This document shows positions 12,911-23,266 of a stretch of DNA of 64,000 nucleotides, one piece after another. The notes below the pieces were generated by a model. The model was not told where the DNA came from, did not search any database, and saw only the letters and a list, made by a program, of their open reading frames with translations. Origin of the DNA: Veleropilina oligotropha (taxonomy: Eukaryota); the NCBI GenBank assembly GCA_048128005.1, contig JBEUKZ010000070.1, positions 124,001-188,000 on the forward strand. The letters run 5' to 3'. A program made the position numbers and the translations under genes. How positions within the stretch are numbered: the stretch's first letter is position 1; each line of letters opens with the position of its first letter.

Positions 12911-13181
12911 GTCTCACACATAAAACTTGGTCCAAACACCACTTACAAAGCTTTATTATACTGTTATCTTGCTTACTGTGATAAATTTGATGTCGTATTT
13001 AATCAAGAAGTGACAGAAAAACTATCCCAAACAGAGCCTTTCTGTGACCTGATTATGAACGTTCTGTTTGCCCAGACGACCAATTCGTGACGTCACATGT
13101 GGAAACCAGATGTTTATCAGAATCTGGCTGCAGGGAAATGACATAATCCCAATAAATACTTGCTCCCAAGAAGTAAACAAC

Positions 13182-13430
13182 AGATGCGTAGTTGGAAACT
13201 GCAGCAACAATACTTTAACGGGACATTAGATGCACTTATTTCCTATTAATTGGAATCATCGACATAAATGGGAACGATTCGTTCGAAATACTAGATCCGA
13301 GTGGACACATGCTCAAGCACATAGAGTTGCCACCGTTATATGTGGAGAACATTTCGTAGCGCCTGATGACTTTGAGGGTTATATGCAGTGGAATATGGGC
13401 TTCAAAAGACAGATGTTAAGCAATCAGTAG
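13182..13430 (+). pseudogene. THAP (C2CH zinc finger) domain remnant
   Basis: RCVVGNCSN...GH*MHLFP...WERFVRNTRSEW...ICGEHF...DF with an in-frame TAG at 13227-13229. Flanked by inverted gtgacgtcacatgtgga motifs (~13087, ~13649). Confidence 0.75.
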
Positions 13431-14254
13431 TACCTTCAAAGAATACGAACTCAACAGTAGCAAATTATATTTTCAATGTCGTCTTAATTCACCGTCTCCA
13501 AAATATAACTGGTCGCCAAATAAATTATTTGCTTTAAGTTCAAAATGTCCATCACTATCAATCTATGAACTACATGATTCCGTCGCATCCATTTCACTCT
13601 CCAATTGTCAGTACTCGCTAATGCCACCAGATACTCGCCACAGATCTATCCACATGTGACGTCACGTGCCGCGATGAAATGCAATCCAGATTTTTTCGCC
13701 GCATTAGCAGACAAGCCGAAGTTTAGTGGCATTTTTGTGTTTTACGCAAAATATCGTTATACACACATGTATCATCAGAAACTACACAAACCTAGTGTGA
13801 TGAATAACGAATGCACATTTTATGCCAGGATATGGACTTAACTATTCAATATAAATCTGAACAGTGTCTCAACCGTTAATTGAACATACACTTCCAACTT
13901 TAAAACTGCGTCGCTGAGGTGGTCAAAATGTCGTAACACAAGACCCAATTAGAAAATAAAGTCGTAATCAATTTTCAGAAAATAGTTTAATAAAAATGTA
14001 TTCATATTCACAGGTATCAATCCATTATCAGCATTAACAAATTCAATGTTGTTACAGAAATCAAGTAGTATACATGCACATGATATGAATGACATCGCTG
14101 ATATGCCCATATAAATAAGATCTCTGTAACAAAGGAATAATATGTATGTATCATAAATAAATATTTACAGATAAATCAACTGGTCTCACATTGTTTACAT
14201 AATGTTTTGTGATAGATATATAACATTTTTCTTGTTTGTCTTGTCATTACATGT

Positions 14255-14680
14255 ACTAGCATTGGTACCCGTCTTCGCCGGGCAAGTCCCCCCACCCCAA
14301 TTTTTTTTTTTTTTTTTTTTGGATAGTGCTCCCTTAAATATTTTGTTTTTTTCCCGAATTTTCCGAATTTTTTTCGTGGTAAACCTTCCTTGGGGGACCC
14401 CGATTAACCCCCCAAAGTTTGAAGGTCCTAGGTCAAAGCGTCTGGGAGGAGTTCAACTTGAAACAGACACACACACATACAATTATAGGTCCATTATAGT
14501 AAATTTTTTTTTTTTTCCCGAATTTTCCGAATTTTTTTCGTGGTAAACCTTCCTTGGGGGACCCCGATTAACCCCCCAAAGTTTGAAGGTCCTAGGTCAA
14601 AGCGTCTGGGAGGAGTTCAACTTGAAACAGACACACACACACACACACATACAATTATAGCTCCATTATATTAAGAAGAT
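14255..14680 (+). mobile_element. Short Helitron/Helentron-associated-like element with an internal ~165-bp tandem duplication
   Basis: Begins actag...cccgtcttcgccggg (small hairpin). The block ttttcccgaattttccg...acacacatacaattata is present twice, with a (CA)n tract near the 3' end. Confidence 0.5.
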
Positions 14681-16408
14681 ATATATTGATTTCTATCAAA
14701 AGTCCTTTTGGTAATTTTACGTTAAAGCTACATTGCCCTAATGATCGCTTATTGCCATACAATGCCTTACTTACATATTTGTGGATGTTACAAATAGTTT
14801 TGATGATTCAAATTGGAAGAACAAACATTGTTTGCTGTTGTATAATAAAAATATCGCTGCTGAAATCGCTACAGGCTATTGAAATGTATACTTTGAACGG
14901 CAACCATTTTGGTAGAATCAGTTAACTGTCACTACTGTTAATTTTTTTTGTCAGACTGTTCATCGAAACATTGCAGACAGTCAAATATGAAAAATTTATC
15001 TAAATTGCATGCGATGTGACATTATTGTAAAATAGTACATCAGTTATATTGTTGCAGCTCAATTTTCCACAATTCCCAACTTAACTTCGACAGAAGCCAA
15101 GTTGATGAAATTTCTTACCCATTACCCATAATAAAACCGTACCCGGTTTAATTTTGTTTACTTTTAAATTGTAGTCGCTATAGACAGGGTCTATAGAATT
15201 TTTTGGAAAAAGTGAAATTTTCGAAGCATTTTTCGCTACTTACGGGCAATGCAACTTTAAAAGGTGCATGTCTCATATGCATTGACCTTTATATGGAATG
15301 TATGGTTTTGAAAATGTACAAAATAAAAATAAAACATCATGCAAATGTCTCATATTTTTTATTTAATTTGTTTTAATTAATGCAATGCTGGTGATTTGAA
15401 AGAAAAACAATAATGTATTTTTTTTTTTTAAAGTACATTGCATTTATTTTATTTAATTCTTGGAGTAAAAAAGGAAATCATGATCATTTAGTTTCTTTAA
15501 GCTCCATTGTTGAGAAGCGAGATGGTGATGAGCAGCATAAAATGAATCATCTAATCACAGTGAAATCACAGTCGGACAGGCTTTTGCAATTGACACATTT
15601 TAGGTTTATCATCACAAGCAAGATTCACTATGTACAAATTCTATGCGGTGGTTATGATGCGAGAACAAGCATATACAAAAAATACATATTTACATACTAT
15701 TTTATATTTTTACGTCACGACTGTTACTAATAATGTTGCTTCATCCTTCACTTCATGTATTCCCACTTGAATGTGCAAATATATGTATATTAGATATGTT
15801 ATTTGTGATTCAGCTGGCGGTTTCTTGTTTCATATATTCACACTTGAGTTATTTGTGAGCAGATTAATAAGTCTTAGATCTCACTCAACACAGTAAGGAT
15901 CTCGGGTGTAACTATGAGCAGGCGTCCTGTTCCCTTTGGTGCTCTTGAATTAATATGTCGCTTATGCACTAAAATATGAGATCTGAGCCCCTTATGGTTA
16001 TGTTTATATTGTATGGACATTGGGGTCAGTCTTTACTATTCTTGTAACGTATGTAATTTTAATTTTTGTACGCGATATGAGTTTTTGTGACACACATATG
16101 ACATGTGTATCTAATATATATATTTATGATATATCCGGGTCATTTTCCATAGAAACAAAGTGTTTAATAAAAACGATAATTAACATGTAACTTATGACAT
16201 TCTGTGTAATTTTGATTGGATAATTTAATCAATGGATTAGAAACAACCAATTGCAGAGCAGGTCACAAAAGGTCATTGGTGGTGTGTACCATCCTTTTAC
16301 TACGAAACACACATATGGCCACATCCAATCATCTTAACGTCGATAGCAGCGATCAAGGGAAATACATGTAACTTCAAGTGACGACCAATATTTAGTTGAA
16401 ATATTAGG

Positions 16409-16560
16409 AGCAGCAGGGGGGGTGACCATACCTTTTATGTGGGGGCGCGGCGAGGGAAATTAAGGCTCCCAGCACCTTTTCAGAATTAATATGGATCTCA
16501 ACTCAGCAGCAGGGGGGGTCAGTAGACTTTTTAGAATGGGAAAATAAGGCTCCCAGCACC
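16409..16560 (+). repeat. Left TIR of Polinton-like element
   Basis: Identical by eye to the reverse complement of 31916-32067. Confidence 0.96.
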
Positions 16561-17103
16561 CGTTCCGAGCCTAGGGTAGCTTAGAGTAGGGATGAATGCA
16601 CCTTTTCCGACCCAACGTAGACTATATAGAGCCCCCAGGGACGGCCCACTACCCGAGCCGGCCCGGGCTCCTCAGTTATGCGAGCAGTAGCAGGGGGGGT
16701 GATTGGACTTTTTAGAATGGCAAAATAGCAGCCCGGCGAAGGCTACAGGACATCACTGAGGGCCCGCCAGCGTTTGATTTCGTACAACTCCCTTTCTACC
16801 GTCTTTGGTCTTCTTCTTATATATCGCTTGTTCACCATCGTCGAGTACAACGATCAAAACGTTATAGCCCCGGTTTAAGAGGTTTTTAACGCGCCTGAAG
16901 CTCCGTTCGCTGTACAGCGTAGGAATGTCTTCCTGCGGCATGTTGCTTTCAAGTATAACTACACAACGTCTAACATGCCGGTTATTTCTCGCCGATATAG
17001 TAGCATGTAGTAAGAGCCCGTAGGGACGGCCCGTTACCCTCGCCGGCCCGGGCTCTCTTTTAGACATACCCATCGGACGGGTATATCCAATGCAAAGGAT
17101 ACG

Positions 17104-17379
17104 ATGTGGGGAACGGACACCTGTCAATGGCTCACCATCAGCTCCACGGAGCTTTGCGGTAAGAGATGTCTGAGCGAGTATTGCAAAGTCCATCTGGCTC
17201 GGCTACGGCGAAATGGCTGGGGCACAAAGCCCTGCATCAAATGCGGCAAAGGCGTCTTTAACCGGTTTACGTTGTGCCGGGGTTGTGGGTATCGGAATGA
17301 GGACGTTAAGGACTGGCAACGAAAGAAAAGGGCCTTCCAGAGAGAGTTTCGCCGCATGGCTGCAATCTACCACACGTAA
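17104..17379 (+). CDS. Small Cys/His-rich zinc-finger protein (viral)
   Basis: CQW...CGKRC...YCKVH and CIKC...CRGC motifs with a basic C-terminal helix. ATG start, directly upstream of the replicase. Confidence 0.7.
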   Translation: MWGTDTCQWLTISSTELCGKRCLSEYCKVHLARLRRNGWGTKPCIKCGKGVFNRFTLCRGCGYRNEDVKDWQRKKRAFQREFRRMAAIYHT

Positions 17380-17426
17380 TTTCCTATTAGAGAAATGATT
17401 TGGCGTAGTGTATACCCCCCAGCAAC

Positions 17427-20400
17427 ATGGATGAACTGCGGAGTTTAGCGAAAGATTACGGGATTCCCGCTCGGTCGAAGCTCAAGAAGAACGACCTCGT
17501 CAGGGCAATCGCCGGGGTCCGTGCTGCGGAGTTTCGGAGGAGACTCGAGCGGGCGATGAAAACGGGAAGGTTCCCCTCCATACGTGGAGATGTGGAGAAC
17601 CCCCACAAAAGAGGCCGACGTGCTCGCGAATTGCGGCAGATTAAGGACGAGGTCGACGTCGCCCTGCAGGCTCGTAAATACGAATCCCAGGCTGAGAAAA
17701 CACCGGGGATTCGACTGAAGCCACTTCGCGCCATCACGGATCGAATCGTCAAGCGGTCTCGGAAAGAGACCCTTGCCCATGCTATTGCTCGGAAGGGGCC
17801 CGATCTTCTCATCTCCAAAACGCCCCGGACAGCCCAGGACTACCAGAAGGATCTTCTAGGGCAATTTACCACACCCGAGGGACAACGATTCATCGACCTG
17901 GATGACCAGGTCCCTCCCCCAGTAAGGCTCCCAGCAAAAGAGCCATGGGTGGAACTCTTGAGCGACGCCAAAGACGAGTTTGAGGTCGATGGCGCCGCAG
18001 CGGCGTTCTCCACATGGAGGGTCGAGGTGGACATTAAGATCGCACCGGCCCTGGATGCACGTATGACAGATGCAAGGGCGGCACAGCTCCTCACAGCCCT
18101 TCCAAAGGGCGAGTATGTCCTTAGAATAAAGTTCTTGCGTGAGTGGGGTCAAGGCGACTGGATGGTCGAAGACAAGTTTGACCCGGTGAAGGCTGCGAGA
18201 AAGAAGGGCCAGGGTGTCTTTGAGATCTCTCAGGATACTAAGCCGGGTGCTATCACTGGGGTCGACAAGGTCTACTACGAGAATGCCTACCCGGTCACTG
18301 CAGTCGTCTACGGCGTCTATCCTCTCAGAGAACCAAACCCCGCCAATCTGGTTCCGATGAAGAACGGCGACCTCAACTGCGTTGCCCAACGAGTGGTTGA
18401 GCACTTCGAAGGTGCCCTTAGAGGACACGGACTCACCCCGACAAGGCGGCAGAAAATACTGGAGTGGGAAGAGCGAGTTCATGTAACAGGCGCCACCGTG
18501 GATGATATAGCTACCCTCGAGAAGATCCTCAAACGGGCGATCACCTTGAGAGACATTGCAGGTGCCGACATCTACAACAGTGGGAAATACCAGGCCAGTA
18601 TGTGGAAGTCCATAGAACTCATCTGTCACAACGGCCACGCCTGGTCGAAGGACCTACACTTCCCGCAAAGTAGAGAGGTCCACCTGTATGAGGGCGATGT
18701 CTGGGAAGCTATTCGACAAGCCACACAGAATGAGCCATTGGCTGTCTGGCTCCTAAGCGGTAAAGACCGACAGCTCGGCGTGGACCAGTTCGTGCTGCAA
18801 GATGGCCGCACTTACCGGACGAAAGAGGCTCACGAGAGACTCCAGGAAGCCTGTACAGCGCTGGGGAATGAGTCCCTAGCCGATCGAGCCTTTGGCGTGA
18901 ACCATGCAGCTAGCATTATGGCCAAAGAGACTAACGGCTGGAAACCTACCCCAGCCAGCCTGCTCGATGATATCCAGAAGGCCTGCGTGGAGCATGGCCA
19001 TGGTGGCCTGTGGAATTCCATGGACTATGATACGGGCGACATCTGCTGCATCGATATGAAAGCCTGCTACCCTGCCAGCTTTCAGGGGAAGGGCGAGGCC
19101 AAGCCATATTTCGAAAGATTCGGACACCCGACTCACAGCATGACCCGGGTCGCAATTAACGGTCCTCTTCCCGAAGATATCGGCACCGGGTTTGCCGAGG
19201 TCGTGGGGTCGGAGTTCGCGGAAGAAATACATCCGGTCATTGTAGCATGGTTCGGAAAGCACTTTGCAGAGAATGGATGGGCACCGACCCCGCTGCTCGC
19301 CTTCCTCATAGACTCTGGACTGCTAAAAAGCCTCAAGATCCGAGAGGCCATTATCACATTCAAAAAACAGATCGATGTCTGGCTTCCTGAGAATCGTGAC
19401 CAGGGCTGCTGCATTATCGGCAAATTCACCCAAGGCGCCAACGCTGATGGCAAAAGATTGACTCGTAGACTGGTGATTGACCAGGGTGAGCTGGACTTCC
19501 TCGTAAGAGACACCCGCCAAAGTGGTACCCTGGTCGGCGCACCTCAAAGGTGCCCTATGGGTCACATCCTCACGTACTATGATGGCTCCCAGCCACAGTA
19601 CGCCCACCTGAGGGCATCCATGTTGGCCTATTCCCACATAAACCTCTTGAGCATGCTCCGGCGTTTCAGTGCAGCAGAAGCCGTCCGGGTAGCCACTGAC
19701 AGCATCTACCTCAAGAAGGCCTCGTTGGAGAAGCTCGACGATGTCACGGTGTACGTTGCCCCCAGACTCTGCGACTGTGGCGAGAAATCTTGCATCTCAT
19801 GTCTGATCGCGGAGCCGTACCTTCCGCCAGTAGCACCAGCCCAGTGGCGTGACAAGGGCGAACAGCTGTATATGCCACAGGAACATGCCGCATACATGCC
19901 CAAGCCGGAGTACACGCAGTCCGAGAAGGACCTCCCGCCAAGCACCGCGCCATGCTACAATGACACGCTGACCCACCATCGCCTGAGTTACCTCAATGGT
20001 GGAGGGGGCTGTGGCAAGACTACGAGAGCGATCGAGCTCTTCCGGGCAAGGAATCCCATCGTGTTCACGCCAACCCACCGCCTCGCTAAAGAGATGCGGA
20101 CCAGAGGCGTCAAAGCCCAGACCTACCACAGTTTCTTCCGATGGAGCGGTCAGAATGACTGGACGCCTGATCGCATGGGTCAGAAGTTCATCCCCCGCGT
20201 CATTATCTGGGACGAGGTCTGTACTGTTCCCCGGCCTATCCTCGAGATGTTCTTGGACTGGCTGGGCCGCCACGAAGTGCAGGTTATCTGCTGTGGCGAT
20301 CAGGGCCAGCCACCACCGATTACGGGCGAGATGCCGCACGATTGGCTGCGAAGGACCGCGGACTACTATGAGGAGATCGAAGTAGACTACAGGGCGAAAG

Positions 20401-21269
20401 ACGACCCTGCCCTCCAAGCCCTGAAAAGACGGATACGTCTCCAGCCCGACAAAGTCCAGTGCGACGAGATGCGTAAGACTCTCCCCAGCTGCCTCGGATG
20501 GGACCGGTTCGTCAACACCTGGAAGCCAGGCGACCTAATCCTCACAAGCCGTCAGAAGGTCCGCGAACGAGCTCAAGAGCTGTTGCTCCAGAGGCACAAG
20601 GAGCACTTCCCAGACTCCTATGTCCCGATCCTGTACCACCCCAGCGACAGCAGAAAACAGAACATCATGGTAACCATTCCGGGCACCGACGACAGAGAGG
20701 AGCTAGTTCTCAACGACGTCGTTGAGGTCACGATTGAGGCCGCTGAGCGGGCGATCCTGACCCCGGATTGGCGCCTGGGCTATGCTCTCACCATCCATTC
20801 GAGCCAGGGTCTTACCATTCACGACCCACAGAAAGTCTGGATCATCGATGACTACCTTCAGTGGAGTAATCTCGCCTACCTAGCCGTGTCCCGGGTGGAG
20901 CATCTGCATCAGCTCGAGCGGGTAACGTGTCCACCGGATGAGGGTTCTGAGGACAGGCCCCCCCAAGCGCCCCAAACCGAGCAGCAGCTCCGAAAGACCA
21001 TCCAGAGGAAGCTTGTGGCGTACAAACGCCAGGACCAGGCAAAGGGACTCCCGGGGTTTAACCTCAAGGTCGACGACATCCTGCGGCTCAGAGAGGCCCA
21101 AAACAACCGCTGCGCAGCATGCAACATAGAGCTGCTCTGGGCATATTCCCCGAAGGACACACAGCAGTCCAGTGTCGACCGTGTGGACAACAGCAGGGGC
21201 CACATCCGCGATAACGTGCGCTTAACGTGCCTCGAGTGTAACCGAAAACGAGGGAGCAGCAGCTGCTAA
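17427..21269 (+). CDS. Multidomain replicase: Rho-N-like, vOTU-like, family B DNA polymerase, SF1 (RecD/Pif1-like) helicase, HNH/EndoVII-like
   Basis: Intact 1280 aa. PolB motif A IDMKACYPAS (D543), B-like IIGKF, C VATDSIY (D758). Helicase motifs GGGGCGKTT, IWDEV, GDQGQPPP, YALTIHSSQGLT and YLAVSR. C-terminal CAAC...SVDRVDNSRGH..DNVRLTCLECN. Confidence 0.9.
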   Translation: MDELRSLAKDYGIPARSKLKKNDLVRAIAGVRAAEFRRRLERAMKTGRFPSIRGDVENPHKRGRRARELRQIKDEVDVALQARKYESQAEKTPGIRLKPLRAITDRIVKRSRKETLAHAIARKGPDLLISKTPRTAQDYQKDLLGQFTTPEGQRFIDLDDQVPPPVRLPAKEPWVELLSDAKDEFEVDGAAAAFSTWRVEVDIKIAPALDARMTDARAAQLLTALPKGEYVLRIKFLREWGQGDWMVEDKFDPVKAARKKGQGVFEISQDTKPGAITGVDKVYYENAYPVTAVVYGVYPLREPNPANLVPMKNGDLNCVAQRVVEHFEGALRGHGLTPTRRQKILEWEERVHVTGATVDDIATLEKILKRAITLRDIAGADIYNSGKYQASMWKSIELICHNGHAWSKDLHFPQSREVHLYEGDVWEAIRQATQNEPLAVWLLSGKDRQLGVDQFVLQDGRTYRTKEAHERLQEACTALGNESLADRAFGVNHAASIMAKETNGWKPTPASLLDDIQKACVEHGHGGLWNSMDYDTGDICCIDMKACYPASFQGKGEAKPYFERFGHPTHSMTRVAINGPLPEDIGTGFAEVVGSEFAEEIHPVIVAWFGKHFAENGWAPTPLLAFLIDSGLLKSLKIREAIITFKKQIDVWLPENRDQGCCIIGKFTQGANADGKRLTRRLVIDQGELDFLVRDTRQSGTLVGAPQRCPMGHILTYYDGSQPQYAHLRASMLAYSHINLLSMLRRFSAAEAVRVATDSIYLKKASLEKLDDVTVYVAPRLCDCGEKSCISCLIAEPYLPPVAPAQWRDKGEQLYMPQEHAAYMPKPEYTQSEKDLPPSTAPCYNDTLTHHRLSYLNGGGGCGKTTRAIELFRARNPIVFTPTHRLAKEMRTRGVKAQTYHSFFRWSGQNDWTPDRMGQKFIPRVIIWDEVCTVPRPILEMFLDWLGRHEVQVICCGDQGQPPPITGEMPHDWLRRTADYYEEIEVDYRAKDDPALQALKRRIRLQPDKVQCDEMRKTLPSCLGWDRFVNTWKPGDLILTSRQKVRERAQELLLQRHKEHFPDSYVPILYHPSDSRKQNIMVTIPGTDDREELVLNDVVEVTIEAAERAILTPDWRLGYALTIHSSQGLTIHDPQKVWIIDDYLQWSNLAYLAVSRVEHLHQLERVTCPPDEGSEDRPPQAPQTEQQLRKTIQRKLVAYKRQDQAKGLPGFNLKVDDILRLREAQNNRCAACNIELLWAYSPKDTQQSSVDRVDNSRGHIRDNVRLTCLECNRKRGSSSC

Positions 21270-22270
21270 CGCTTGAGAGCTCCAACCGGCGGCAGCTGGG
21301 TGTCACGAGGCACCACGAGAAGTTCCTCACGAACGAAGCCACGCGGTGGTCCATCCAGCAAGTAGTAGAGCACAGGCTCGTCAGGTTTAGTGACAGAGCG
21401 TCCAAGCCTGTAAACTTTTAGAGACCACACCGGGTCAGTAGCACGGCGACGACCCCCCTCCAGCTCACCATCGTAGTAAAGGTAACGAACATCTACATCA
21501 GAGGGGAGTTTCTGTTCCTTCCCCTGTCGGTCTGGAACAGTGGCGCCTGGCTTTTGGGCAACGCGAGGTGCCTTGATGGCGTCCTTGGGCTTTTTACCGG
21601 TCAGCCTGGTCACTTCCCCATTCAAGGCCGCAACTACGGCGGGCAGCCTGGCGACCCACTCAGTTGACCTTTGACCCTCTTTCGCAGACCCTGTAAAACT
21701 CATCTCTTCTGCGTACTGGTGCCCGAAGAGCCGCTCAGCGAGCGTCCGGTTGAAGCGCTCCACAATGCCCTGATCGCGATGGATATCCACACGGCCACGC
21801 CTAACCTCGACGTTATTCGTTGCCAGCAGCTGGGAGACCGTACCCATAAACTCTCGCCCTGGATCAACCTGAAGCAATTTCGGCCAGCTAAGAGGACTCC
21901 GCCTGTAGATTCGCGAAATTGCTTCAGCAACCCCTTTGGCCTCTTTTGTGGCCAATGGCTCAGCTTCTTTAAAGCGACTGGCCACATCAACCACAGTCAA
22001 AGCGTACTTATAGGTTTTACGGCCGACCTTGTCATGGGGGAGAAACAGGAGGTCGGCTTGGTGAACCTCGTTTGGCGTTACGACGTCGAATTTTGGTCTT
22101 GGAATCCGCCGTGGCGCAGGTAAATAGATCTGCCATATAGCCTGCCTCTTAAGCCATGTCCGGGCCTCCATTTCAGACGCCTTGGCAGCCTCAGCTAGTT
22201 TCTTTATCGCGGCAATGCCTTTCCAGTAGCCCTTAGGGCTGTAGTATATCCTCGCAAGCTTACTATCCAT
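21266..22270 (-). CDS. Retroviral-type (rve) DDE integrase
   Basis: HQADLLF (D), YALTVVDVASRF, LQVDPGREF (D) and GIVERFNRTL (E). 334 aa from ATG 22270. Its stop overlaps the replicase stop. Confidence 0.95.
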   Translation of the reverse strand: MDSKLARIYYSPKGYWKGIAAIKKLAEAAKASEMEARTWLKRQAIWQIYLPAPRRIPRPKFDVVTPNEVHQADLLFLPHDKVGRKTYKYALTVVDVASRFKEAEPLATKEAKGVAEAISRIYRRSPLSWPKLLQVDPGREFMGTVSQLLATNNVEVRRGRVDIHRDQGIVERFNRTLAERLFGHQYAEEMSFTGSAKEGQRSTEWVARLPAVVAALNGEVTRLTGKKPKDAIKAPRVAQKPGATVPDRQGKEQKLPSDVDVRYLYYDGELEGGRRRATDPVWSLKVYRLGRSVTKPDEPVLYYLLDGPPRGFVREELLVVPRDTQLPPVGALKR

Positions 22271-22534
22271 CAGCAATGTATTCCAGTAAACTGATCAGTC
22301 TCCAACAGGCTTCAGCTTCCGGAGCCGGTCGCTGCGCAGTCGTCTCCCAAAGGTTGGTCGGGCCCGAGAGCACCAGGACTGCGAACCGCACCATAGTCTT
22401 TTCGTCGCGGCGCCAGCAGTCGAGCGACGTAGTACTAAGGCCCACCCCGCTGACCGCATGCATGGCGCAGTACAGCTCTTCTGGGAGCCCCATTACTATA
22501 CATGCCCACGAAAAAAAATGTCCACTGGAAATAA

Positions 22535-22966
22535 TTAGGCGAGCTTGTAGGCTACCAACCCGGTCGCAGCCATCCCCAGGATGATGAAGGTGATCTCACG
22601 TCCCTTCTGGGCATCGCTCGGTGTGTAGTAGTCAGACAGGGCGGGCTCAGGGCCACCCCCCACGGCGGTGGGGTCAAGGTTCTTGCCGGTGATCAATGCA
22701 TACTCACGGATCGCGGCGTCAACATCCCGGAATGTGCCAACGGCATGACCCTGGCGGCGAAGTTCAACGTTCAGCCAGTCGAGACGCTCTGCCCTCTGTT
22801 GTGACCATTTAGTCTGAGCGGCGTTGAGCTGCTCTACAGCAATGTCGTGACGTTTACGCTCCGCATCAACACCGGAGCTGCGTAGCTTCGAGAAGAGGAA
22901 GTTGGAGCCGCTGAAGGCGAGGGCGTTGACGAGAGCGCCCCCAACCAGCATCGCAATGGAAGCCAT
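22535..22966 (-). CDS. Viral hypothetical membrane protein (143 aa)
   Basis: Hydrophobic Gly/Ala N-terminus MASIAMLVGGALVNALAF, a central helical region, and C-terminal TM ITFIILGMAATGLVAYKL. Confidence 0.75.
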   Translation of the reverse strand: MASIAMLVGGALVNALAFSGSNFLFSKLRSSGVDAERKRHDIAVEQLNAAQTKWSQQRAERLDWLNVELRRQGHAVGTFRDVDAAIREYALITGKNLDPTAVGGGPEPALSDYYTPSDAQKGREITFIILGMAATGLVAYKLA

Positions 22967-22997
22967 TGAAATGCTGCGATTATCTAGCAAGGTCCCA

Positions 22998-23237
22998 CTA
23001 CTTCAATATATCGGCCGGAATGATGCCTTGCTTGATCAGCATGTCTTTCGTCGCCATGGCGAGCGCTACGTCGAGGACGACCATCCCGACATCGTACCCC
23101 GTGAAGTCCAGTTTGGGGCTCGCCCCCTTGAAGGCCATCTTTACTAGGCGTGAGTAGCCAATGGCGAGGCCTGACACTATAGCGGCGTGGTATACAGCGT
23201 TGCCGAGCATCTTTCCATCAGTGATTGGGGTAGTCAT
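22998..23237 (-). CDS. Viral small hydrophobic protein (79 aa)
   Basis: ATG ORF tightly packed in the minus-strand gene run, with two moderately hydrophobic helices. Confidence 0.7.
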   Translation of the reverse strand: MTTPITDGKMLGNAVYHAAIVSGLAIGYSRLVKMAFKGASPKLDFTGYDVGMVVLDVALAMATKDMLIKQGIIPADILK

Positions 23238-23266
23238 AACTGTTGATTAGTACTATTGATTTGCGA

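Noticed and set aside
16404..16408. TSD equals the TTAGG telomeric repeat, suggesting telomere targeting
   Set aside because: It is a single pentamer with no flanking telomeric array, so probably chance.
16753..17193. Minus-strand 146-aa ORF near the left TIR, and 22263-22493 upstream of the integrase
   Set aside because: Could be small viral genes, but there are no motifs or other support, so they are left uncalled.
17445..21405. Numerous antisense and alternate-frame ORFs over the replicase and other viral genes
   Set aside because: Expected in GC-rich coding DNA; they have no motifs and mostly non-ATG starts.
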